Assembly (NCBI GenBank): GCA_964421295.1
Contig: CAYQXM010000015.1
Coordinates: forward strand, 769 to 64,768
Source of the DNA: an uncultured Pirellulales bacterium
GTDB lineage: Bacteria; Planctomycetota; Phycisphaerae; Sedimentisphaerales; Anaerobacaceae
DNA length: 64,000 nucleotides
Reading direction: 5' to 3'
Positions 1 to 9,212 of the stretch are shown here, piece by piece (within the stretch, counting starts at the first letter, position 1; every line of letters begins with the position of its first letter). The translations under genes were made by a program, and so were the position numbers. Under the pieces are notes generated by a model that did no database searches, was not told where the DNA came from, and was given only the letters and a program-made list of their open reading frames with translations.

Positions 1-1831
1 GCCGGTGAGCGCAGTGGCGGTCCAGGACGACGAGGGCATAGGGGTGGCCGCCGAAGGTCTCGTAGGTCTTGAGCTTGGCCTCGAAAGAGGCGCCGCTGAG
101 GCAGGGGAGTCTCTGCATCAGGCCGAGGGCCTCGGGGCGGCTCAGGTCATTCAGCGGGACCTGCTGTATGTCCCCGATGCGGCCGGAATCCAGGTCGAAC
201 AGGTAGCGGGTGGTGAAGAGGAACCGCGTGCCGGTGGCGGTTGTCTTGACCAGCGTCTTGATGAATGTGCTCAGGTTGGGATCGGTGATCTGGTGGCGCT
301 CGCCGTTCTGCGCCGTCAAATGCGTCTCGAAATTGTCGAAGATCAGCAAGAGCGGCCACTGGCTTAGGACTTGTCCGAGAATCGCGCCGAGCTGGTCGGG
401 CGGGACCGATTGGGCGATGAGCTGACCCAATACCTTCACGCCCTGTCTTTCGAAGTACCTGTGCAGTTCCAGCAGAATTGTCTCGGGCGCCAGGGCGGCA
501 CTGGTGCAATCGAAGGCATAGACCCCCTTGAAATTCCTGCGGAGGCGGGTGGCGATGTGACTGATCAGAGCGGTCTTGCCGATGCCGCCGATGCCGTGAA
601 CGATGATGGCGCGATGGTTCTTGGCTACGATCCCATCGCGGACGGCACGGTATTCCTTCCGTCGGCCATAGAAGCCGTAGGCGAGTTGAGGCAAGGGCAG
701 ATGGAAGCTGAAGTCAATCGTCGGCTGCCGGACTGTCCCCGCGTCCGCCGGCTTGGTCGTTTCCAGAGGCCGGCTATGGGCCGCGAGCAGGACCGGGCCA
801 AACGCATCCGCCTGAATCGCGACACGTTCATCGCGCAAGAGGGCCCGGCGGGCGGAACTGACCGCAGTATCGAGCGATTGGCCTTCGACAAGGCGCGGAT
901 AAAGGTTCTCGGCCAAGATCAGGCCTCCCGGATCGGAGATGGAGAACTGCATGGCGAGCGTGGCCGGGATGCCGCGGCGCAACAGGCCGCGAGCCAAATC
1001 CTGAAAACCGCGCACGTTGACGGTCTTGGCTGTCTGGCAGCCGGAAAGGACGACCAGACGCAACGAGTGTTCGGCCTTCTCCAGCGATTGCATGATCTCG
1101 GCAACCGCCGTGGGTCTGCGCTTGCCTTCCGCGTCCTCCAGCAGCAGTCCGCCCCCGCCTTCCGGGGGGATGCCGTGGCCGGAGTAGTGCAGGATATGGC
1201 ATCCGCCCTCCAGACTGCTCTCCAGGACGGGCAACTTCGCCTCGTCCTCCAATTCCAGGATGAGCCTACCCTGTCCCGAAGGGGTGTTCACTCCCTGGAG
1301 CAGGATTTCCTGTTCCTTTTCGATCTGGAGCCGCTGAATCTCCTCCAAGTCCAGCGGGGAGGACATCAGGGCGAGCATCTTCAGGGGCGCGGGTACGGCA
1401 GGCAGGGCATCCTGCACGGGGACGTCCAGGGGCAGCCGGGACACGCCGGTCTTCGCTCCGGCCGCGAGGAATTCCTGCCCATCGTGCAGCGTCTCCCAGG
1501 GGAGCGTCTCCAGGTCCTTCGCTTCGGGCGCAATCCGGATGCACAAGGTCAGGAAATCGCTGGTGTGCCGGGTCTTGTCCCAGAGGTCTTTGATTGCCGC
1601 GGTGAAGACCTTGTCGTAGAGCTTTCGGCCGAAGGCGGTTATTCGCTCCATGCGCCCCTGCGGGTCTCTCTCGTTCGGTTCGAGCTGGTTGATCTCGAAC
1701 TGCGTGAGGTAGGAGAGATCGTACTCGAAAGAGGATTTGGCCAGAGGTTGGCTGTTGTCCCGCCGGAAGACTTCCAAACTGAATGCGTTCCTGTCCGTCT
1801 GCTTGATGTGAAAATCAAGTGTCGTCGTCAT
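1..1831 (-). CDS. CHAT peptidase fused to NB-ARC-like STAND NTPase; N-terminal part only, as the ORF runs off the left edge
   Basis: Absent from the ORF track because no stop is reached. Hand translation of the minus strand from ATG at 1831 gives MTTTLDFHIKQTDRNAF... It contains the CHAT His motif HYSGHG (1172-1189), the Cys motif LSGCQT (~1031-1050), Walker A VHGIGGIGKT (~572-600) and the GxP-like TFGGHPYAL (32-58). All checkpoints share one frame. Plus-strand ORF 371..1897 is its antisense shadow. Confidence 0.8.
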   Translation of the reverse strand, partial: MTTTLDFHIKQTDRNAFSLEVFRRDNSQPLAKSSFEYDLSYLTQFEINQLEPNERDPQGRMERITAFGRKLYDKVFTAAIKDLWDKTRHTSDFLTLCIRIAPEAKDLETLPWETLHDGQEFLAAGAKTGVSRLPLDVPVQDALPAVPAPLKMLALMSSPLDLEEIQRLQIEKEQEILLQGVNTPSGQGRLILELEDEAKLPVLESSLEGGCHILHYSGHGIPPEGGGGLLLEDAEGKRRPTAVAEIMQSLEKAEHSLRLVVLSGCQTAKTVNVRGFQDLARGLLRRGIPATLAMQFSISDPGGLILAENLYPRLVEGQSLDTAVSSARRALLRDERVAIQADAFGPVLLAAHSRPLETTKPADAGTVRQPTIDFSFHLPLPQLAYGFYGRRKEYRAVRDGIVAKNHRAIIVHGIGGIGKTALISHIATRLRRNFKGVYAFDCTSAALAPETILLELHRYFERQGVKVLGQLIAQSVPPDQLGAILGQVLSQWPLLLIFDNFETHLTAQNGERHQITDPNLSTFIKTLVKTTATGTRFLFTTRYLFDLDSGRIGDIQQVPLNDLSRPEALGLMQRLPCLSGASFEAKLKTYETFGGHPYALVVLDRHCAHR

Positions 1832-2087
1832 GCTGCTTCCCGTTCCTCAATTGCGGTCCCCGCGCAAGACTCCGTTGACGATGCACAGTTCACGTAGTCG
1901 CGTCACCCCACATCTTAGCCGCCGCTCAGCCCTTTATCAAGGTGAATCAAGGGAGAGGCGAAGTCGCGACGAATTCTCCCGCAGATGGGTGAACGACCTC
2001 TTCATGGGGACCATTATCCCCGGGCGGGGACGGAGGTAAAGAGAAATGCTATCGAACGGAAACGACAAAAGATAGGAGACGAGCGAT

Positions 2088-2189
2088 GTGGCACCCCCGC
2101 CCTCGGGGGTGGAGCCCAACTTCCCCAGCCGAGGGCGGCTGGGCCACACACTACCCACTCACTTCCCCAGCCGAGGGCGGCTGGGCTAC
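2088..2189 (+). repeat. REP unit plus an extra half unit (two-hairpin palindromic element)
   Basis: The unit is gtggcacccccgccctcgggggtg...ccccagccgagggcggctgggccac. It has stems caccccc/gggggtg and cccagcc/ggctggg. The second hairpin repeats at 2161-2189. Confidence 0.75.
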
Positions 2190-2675
2190 ATGAACATAGA
2201 GCCACGGGTAGTCCTCAACGCGTTGGCAGAGGCCTTTACGGATCGGGTTTTCGCAGATGTACTGGACCTTGGCGGCCATCGCCTCGTCACGACGGAGCAC
2301 GTGGTCGAAGGATTCATCCTGCCAGACAGGACTCTGGCGGTGAAGGGCACGATTGATCGTGTGCGCGGAGGCACCCTTGATGCTATTGCTGATCTCAGCC
2401 AGAGTGTAGGGGCGGCCATTCGTGTCACATAGAGGCGCGAATACCATGTGCACGTGGTCCGGCATTACGACAGCGCCATGAACGTGAATCTTGATGCCAT
2501 CGTCGTGAAGGCAGTGATTCAAGATCATCGCGCGGATGGATTCGGGCAACACGAGATGCTCATGCGTGCAGAAGGTGAGGAAGATCGTCTTGGCATCGGC
2601 TTGCAGGTGTGGGAGATTGCGACGGTAACGCCTCTTCCCCGGCTTTGCCTGCGGCAGATTTGTCTGATGTGGCAC
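2151..2675 (-). CDS. rayT: REP-associated tyrosine (HUH, IS200/Y1-like) transposase, RayT type
   Basis: Contains RRNLPHLQ...IFLTFCT, the HUH motif PDHVHMVF and the catalytic-Tyr context VQYICENPIRKGL. The start is uncertain: a GTG at 2675 lies inside the right REP, and the track ORF extends to 2885. Confidence 0.7.
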   Translation of the reverse strand: MPHQTNLPQAKPGKRRYRRNLPHLQADAKTIFLTFCTHEHLVLPESIRAMILNHCLHDDGIKIHVHGAVVMPDHVHMVFAPLCDTNGRPYTLAEISNSIKGASAHTINRALHRQSPVWQDESFDHVLRRDEAMAAKVQYICENPIRKGLCQRVEDYPWLYVHVAQPPSAGEVSG

Positions 2676-2729
2676 CCCCGCCCTCGGGGGTGAGTCCTGA
2701 ACTTCCCCAGCCGAGTCCGGCTGGGCCAC
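2669..2729 (+). repeat. REP unit in the same orientation as the left copies, overlapping the 5' end of rayT
   Basis: gtggcacccccgccctcgggggtgagtcctgaacttccccagccgagtccggctgggccac. It matches 2088-2147 except for the inter-hairpin linker and one loop. Confidence 0.75.
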
Positions 2730-2746
2730 ATGAGGCAGCAAGCAAT

Positions 2747-2780
2747 AAAAAAGGAAGGCCGCACCGAAGTGCGGCCTTCC
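2747..2780 (-). terminator. Rho-independent terminator of hppA
   Basis: Perfect 12-bp stem ggaaggccgcac/gtgcggccttcc with loop cgaa. On the minus strand it is followed by a run of six T, 40 nt after the hppA stop. Confidence 0.8.
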
Positions 2781-2818
2781 GGGAATTGACGAGAGGCTGA
2801 GGGGCGCGGGGGCCGGGA

Positions 2819-5380
<2,562 letters not shown>

Positions 5381-5384
5381 CTAC

Positions 5385-5405
5385 CAAAGAAGTATTGATT
5401 ATTGA
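5385..5405. repeat. Heptanucleotide tract (attgatt x3) just upstream of the hppA start
   Basis: attgatt attgatt attgacg. A second tract, atcatcg atcatca attaact, lies at ~5483-5503. Confidence 0.6.
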
Positions 5406-5436
5406 TTATTGACGGCCGACGACCGGCTCCGCCCGC

Positions 5437-5482
5437 GCAGAACTCTTGCGAACCCCGCTTGGGCCGGGGCGGACAACATTGC
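5437..5482. promoter_or_regulatory. Promoter/leader-like module related to the cores of the tandem units at 7876-8480
   Basis: ttgcgaa-[ccccg cttgggc cgggg hairpin]-cggacaacattgccatagtcgc. It shares the ttgcgaa ... gacaa(y)attg..tag..gc layout with the tandem-unit cores. It lies ~60-100 nt upstream of the hppA ATG. Confidence 0.3.
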
Positions 5483-5530
5483 CATAGTCGCATCATCGAT
5501 CATCAATTAACTCAATGGGTGCCTGTGCCG

Positions 5531-6301
5531 TTAGCTGGCCGACGCGGAGCGCCACCAGTGGGCGTGCTGCACCTCCAACTCGCGCAACGGCGGGTAGGGA
5601 TAGAACTTCAGACTCTGCTGGTCGCCCACGAAGAACCCCCGCCGGATGGTCCGGTAGAAGGCGTTCATCGCCGGGGTCCGATTGACCGTCTTGGTCGACT
5701 TGCCTCGGGCGTTCTTCACTTCATTGAGGCACGCCTTGATGTGCATCGGCTCGGTGTACGGCAGATACCCCGCCAAATTCCCCGCGTCATCCTGATCCAG
5801 CAAAAGGTCCGCAAAAAACAGCCGCGGCACACTTACCGCGTTGTTCGAATCCGTCATGAACCGGCAAAACGCCGACGGCGCCAGCGACGAGACCACCTGG
5901 GGCGACACCGGGCACAACTCCTGGTACATGTGCGGTCCCGCGACCTCGCCCCCGGCGTCGTAATCCGCCGCGTCGAGTCCCAGCGTCCTGCCGTCGGCCG
6001 TCGTCAGATACAGCTTGCCGATCACCGACGTGTCCACATGCTCCAGCACCCGGTAAATGCTGATATACTTGCTGCGTTTGGGACTGCCGTCGGGCCGGGG
6101 CACACAACGCGACTGGATGTCGCCGAGCCGGAAATAGTCGCTCTTCAGGCCCGGATCGACCTCGGCGAAGACGACATTCCCCCGACTCAACTTCTGTGTA
6201 CCCACTGCCATATAATGCCCAAACGCTTCTGGCTCCAAATGAGACGCGACTAATGCCTCCAACCGATAACAGAGCAAGTAGTAATGAATGTCCATTGCCA
6301 T
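5531..6301 (-). CDS. Conserved-looking hypothetical protein (256 aa); I recognise no domain
   Basis: ATG at 6301 is preceded by AGGAGG at 7-nt spacing. The amino-acid composition is non-shadow (MAMDIHYYLLCYRLEALV...). Confidence 0.6.
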   Translation of the reverse strand: MAMDIHYYLLCYRLEALVASHLEPEAFGHYMAVGTQKLSRGNVVFAEVDPGLKSDYFRLGDIQSRCVPRPDGSPKRSKYISIYRVLEHVDTSVIGKLYLTTADGRTLGLDAADYDAGGEVAGPHMYQELCPVSPQVVSSLAPSAFCRFMTDSNNAVSVPRLFFADLLLDQDDAGNLAGYLPYTEPMHIKACLNEVKNARGKSTKTVNRTPAMNAFYRTIRRGFFVGDQQSLKFYPYPPLRELEVQHAHWWRSASAS

Positions 6302-6552
6302 TGTCTAACCTCCTGCGGTCGGGCCGCGTATGCGAAGCTAACCTGCATTGCAGAAGACAATCGGAACGGAAAGAGGGTGATTGTATCTGCTTCACGGGGT
6401 CCAGTCAACATCGCTGTGGGTTTTTGCCGACCGCAAAATGCCGCGACCCAATCCCTGTCGCGGACCGTCGCGTCAACGAATTTTGATCCCACATCGGCCA
6501 TCCCGTCCGGTGACCTTCGCCCGCTTCCCGCCCGCACCCGAAAAACGCTCCC

Positions 6553-7719
6553 CTACGGCCCCGGACCCACACCCTCCAGCGGAGCTGGAGGAAATTCGAA
6601 GTACGAAGTTCGAAGCCCGACAACTCCGCCGCAGGCGGACGTCTGTTGCCCGGTGCCGTTCCGGAAACAATGACCAAAACCATAACTCCCCAATAACCAG
6701 AACGGCTCTGCCGCGTCCTGACGCCTCCGTATCTTGTCATGCTGAGCCCCTCGGCTTCGCTCGGGAAAGGCTGCGCGCAGTGAGGTCGAAACATCCGGCC
6801 CCGAACAAGCCATGTCTTGCACTCGCGACCACACGCCTCGACCGGGCTCGGAATGACGGAGAATCGGCGCTGAGTTGTGCTCTGTTTTGAGTTTTGGATT
6901 TCGGATCTTTGAATTTGTTTCGAATTTCGATATTCGGGTTTCGGATTTCAGCGGCCGGGTGGCAGCGGCAAACCCCGTTTGCCGATGGTGCCTCGATACA
7001 ACGGTCAACGTCGCACTCGCTCTGCTATGGGCACAAATCCGCCCTTCCAGCCGGACAATCCGTCCGGTCGCAGGGAAGTTAAGATAGGCAAATTCCCCGA
7101 ACAGCTCCCGGGCTTTTCCATCGTAGGCTTTGGCCGCTTCGATCTCGTCGTCGAACAGGCCGATGAACGTCTGCTGACCCCCCACACGAATACCCGCCTT
7201 CCACTTCCCGTCCTTGTTGCGATACACCCCTTTGAACCTCGACGTTCCCCCCACCGCCGGGCGGTTCCACGCATTCTGGGCCTTGTTGCAGAGCCGCAGA
7301 TTGCACCTGCGATAGTTCAGACTATTCCCGTCGTGGTGGTCTACAAACTTCCCCTCCGGCGGGTTCATGATCAGCCGGTGCATGTAAATGACCTTGTCCT
7401 TCCGCGAGAAACACGCATACGCCTTCCGTCCGGTCGTCGCATGCCACTTGAACCCACTGAGCCACTCATAATCGCTCGCATCGACAATCGCAAACAGCCC
7501 CCGCGTCAGCGGAATATACCGAATGTCGTCGCTGGGCGGCACCGGCGGCTCCAGCCGCAGCGGCGGTGTCGGTTTTGCCCGATAGCTGCGACACCCTTCT
7601 CCCGCCGCAACATAAGAAAGCCGCCCCTCAAACCCCGGCACACAAGCACAAACCAGCTCCCCCGCCCCGCCGTTCCGGATGGTTGTCGCATACACGCACT
7701 CGCCACATTGTCTCGCCAT
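6553..7719 (-). CDS. HNH endonuclease / AP2 DNA-binding domain protein with an anomalous ~170-codon 3' extension
   Basis: ATG at 7719 follows GGAGAGG. An HNH_3-like region (HRLIM...VDHHDGNSLNYRRCNLRLCNKAQN) is followed by an AP2 domain (SRFKGVYRNKDGKWKAGIRVGGQQTFIGLFDDEIEAAKAYD). After ~7074 the frame stays open through repeat-type DNA. Confidence 0.75.
   Translation of the reverse strand: MARQCGECVYATTIRNGGAGELVCACVPGFEGRLSYVAAGEGCRSYRAKPTPPLRLEPPVPPSDDIRYIPLTRGLFAIVDASDYEWLSGFKWHATTGRKAYACFSRKDKVIYMHRLIMNPPEGKFVDHHDGNSLNYRRCNLRLCNKAQNAWNRPAVGGTSRFKGVYRNKDGKWKAGIRVGGQQTFIGLFDDEIEAAKAYDGKARELFGEFAYLNFPATGRIVRLEGRICAHSRASATLTVVSRHHRQTGFAAATRPLKSETRISKFETNSKIRNPKLKTEHNSAPILRHSEPGRGVWSRVQDMACSGPDVSTSLRAAFPERSRGAQHDKIRRRQDAAEPFWLLGSYGFGHCFRNGTGQQTSACGGVVGLRTSYFEFPPAPLEGVGPGP
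6736..6856. repeat. MITE/REP-like element with terminal inverted repeats
   Basis: gtcatgctgagccc (6736-6749) pairs with gggctcggaatgac (6843-6856), 12/14 complementary. It lies inside the 3' tail of the HNH-AP2 ORF. Confidence 0.45.
6884..6953. repeat. Degenerate heptanucleotide tract (~10 units)
   Basis: gttttga gttttgg atttcgg atctttg aatttgt ttcgaat ttcgata ttcgggt ttcggat ttcagcg. A shorter tract, gaaattc gaagtac gaagttc gaagccc, lies at 6591-6618. Confidence 0.6.
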
Positions 7720-7757
7720 GATCGTCGCCTCTCCAAAGGCCCCAGGCTTCAGGCGTC

Positions 7758-7834
7758 AGACCTCAGGCCAACCGAGCTCAACTTCCTCTTTTTCAATCAT
7801 CAATTATCAATCGTCAATAATCAATGCGAGGGCC
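7758..7834. repeat. Degenerate heptanucleotide tract (~11 units in one phase)
   Basis: ttcaggc gtcagac ctcaggc caaccga gctcaac ttcctct ttttcaa tcatcaa ttatcaa tcgtcaa taatcaa. Confidence 0.65.
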
Positions 7835-7837
7835 ACC

Positions 7838-8565
7838 GTGGCCCTCTACAATGGGACGCCGCTAGCCTTATGTTGCTAGAATTCGTGCATTATTACTACA
7901 TCTGTAGAACCGTAAGTCCTTACCCCGTCTGCACTAGAAAAAATCCAAGAATTCTGGAAAAGTGCGCGCAGGACGCTAGCCTTATGTTGCGAAAAACCTA
8001 CGTAGTGCCGACAATTGTAGAGCGCTCCGCCGCGCCACGGAAACTGCGCAAAATGATACTCGGCGTATCACGACAGGCATCAGGCGGTAGGGAGGGGAGA
8101 ACAGGGATCGGGGATCAGGGGGCAGCTATTCAAATCCACCATTAAAACTCAAACATCACACCTCCAAGTCCAACTCAAAACTAAGGACTCAAAACTCAAC
8201 ACTCGGGCCCACCCGTGGGCCCGCCCCGCCTTATGTTGCGAAAAACCTACGTAGTGCCGACAATTGTAGAGCCCTGGGCCGGGCCATGAAGACTGCGCAA
8301 AATGATACCCGCCGTATCACGACAGGCATCGGACCTCAGGCTTCGGGCGTCAGGGTTCTCTCCTCCAACTCAAAACTAAGGACTCAAAACTCAACACTCG
8401 GGCCCACCCGTGGGCCCGCCCCGCCTTATGTTGCGAAAAATCTACGTAGTCACGACAATTGTAGAGGCATCCGCCGGGCCGCGAAAAATGCGCAAAGGGA
8501 TACATCGCATATCAGGGCGGGTTACAGGCTTAAGATCCTTGGCCAGAGGATGGTACCAACCCATT
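7838..8565. repeat. 3.5 tandem units (spacings 114, 249 and 195 bp) of a conserved core + hairpin + heptad module
   Basis: The core ccttatgttgcgaaaaacctacgtagtgccgacaattgtagagc starts at 7990, 8239 and 8434, with a diverged copy at 7876. GC hairpins lie at 7838-7856 (gagggccac/gtggccctc) and at 8215-8232 and 8410-8427 (gggcccac/gtgggccc). A second block, ctgcgcaaaatgatacNNNNNgtatcacgacaggcatc, carries hairpins at 8065-8079, 8314-8328 and 8509-8523. Confidence 0.8.
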
Positions 8566-8579
8566 CTGCGACTCTGCCG

Positions 8580-9212
8580 TCAGGTCACATTTTGGGCCCA
8601 TCCTGGCGGTGGCCATGCGCCACAGGTGGTCCCCAGCGCACCTGCGAGATCGCCCACACACTTCACCATCTTGCGGAAGGAACGGGAGAAAGTGTAGGCA
8701 GCAGCCAAGTCAAAACTCGCCGTTAGCGACGCTTGATCTGCGGTTTCGTGGTAGGATCGGTTCTTGGGCATGTATTCCTCCAATGCCTCCTTGGCACCGC
8801 GTCGTCCTTCGAAGTTCGCCATTGTGGCTGCGTCCGCGCGAATGCCACACTTCCCACGGAGAGACTCAATCGCTGCCAGGAACCAAGTCTCATATTCGCG
8901 ATAGGCCAAAACCGCGAAACAGGGCATGGCGCCCGCAACAGCCTGTGCCCATCCAAGGATCATTGGGGCAAGATCTTTCGGGCATGAGTCATCGGAGTCA
9001 AACAAAAGCAGAATGGAGGCACATTGCGGTTGAAGTAACGCAAGCCGGACAGCGGTTTGCACACCGGTTTGCGTATGGAGTTCAGACCTTTTTCTGCGAA
9101 TCGGCCTCGCGACGCCAATATCGAACAATCCCGCCTCAGTGAAGAGACGGCGAAGCAACACAGGCACAGCTTGGACATCGCCGTGCCCCTCCACAATCGG
9201 TTGGACGTTCAT
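8580..9212 (-). CDS. DUF4276-like small protein with TOPRIM-like acidic motifs
   Basis: N-terminus MNVQPIVEGHGDVQAVPVLLRRL, then LLLFDSDDSCP (a Glu ... DxD pattern). Its ATG overlaps the stop of the upstream ATPase gene by 4 nt (9209-9212). The family assignment is from memory only. Confidence 0.6.
   Translation of the reverse strand: MNVQPIVEGHGDVQAVPVLLRRLFTEAGLFDIGVARPIRRKRSELHTQTGVQTAVRLALLQPQCASILLLFDSDDSCPKDLAPMILGWAQAVAGAMPCFAVLAYREYETWFLAAIESLRGKCGIRADAATMANFEGRRGAKEALEEYMPKNRSYHETADQASLTASFDLAAAYTFSRSFRKMVKCVGDLAGALGTTCGAWPPPGWAQNVT

Larger units (their letters stand above)
2088..2729. mobile_element. REPtron-like unit: rayT-type transposase gene bracketed by REP hairpin units
   Basis: Near-identical ~60-nt units lie on both sides of the HUH transposase ORF (details in the two repeat features). 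Confidence 0.6.

Noticed and set aside
371-1897. 508-aa plus-strand ORF covering the left end
   Set aside because: Its Arg/Gly/Leu/Gln-rich composition has no motifs. It is antisense to a frame with clear CHAT and P-loop motifs, so it is a shadow ORF typical of high-GC DNA.
7838-8565. Possible CRISPR array
   Set aside because: The units are 114-249 bp with long conserved bodies. There are no 25-40-nt direct repeats with unique spacers, and no cas genes are in the window.
8286-8726. ORFs 8286..8726 and 8410..8697 across the tandem units
   Set aside because: They run through repeated non-coding units and heptad tracts, have no RBS, and overlap the 3' end of the DUF4276 gene in antisense.
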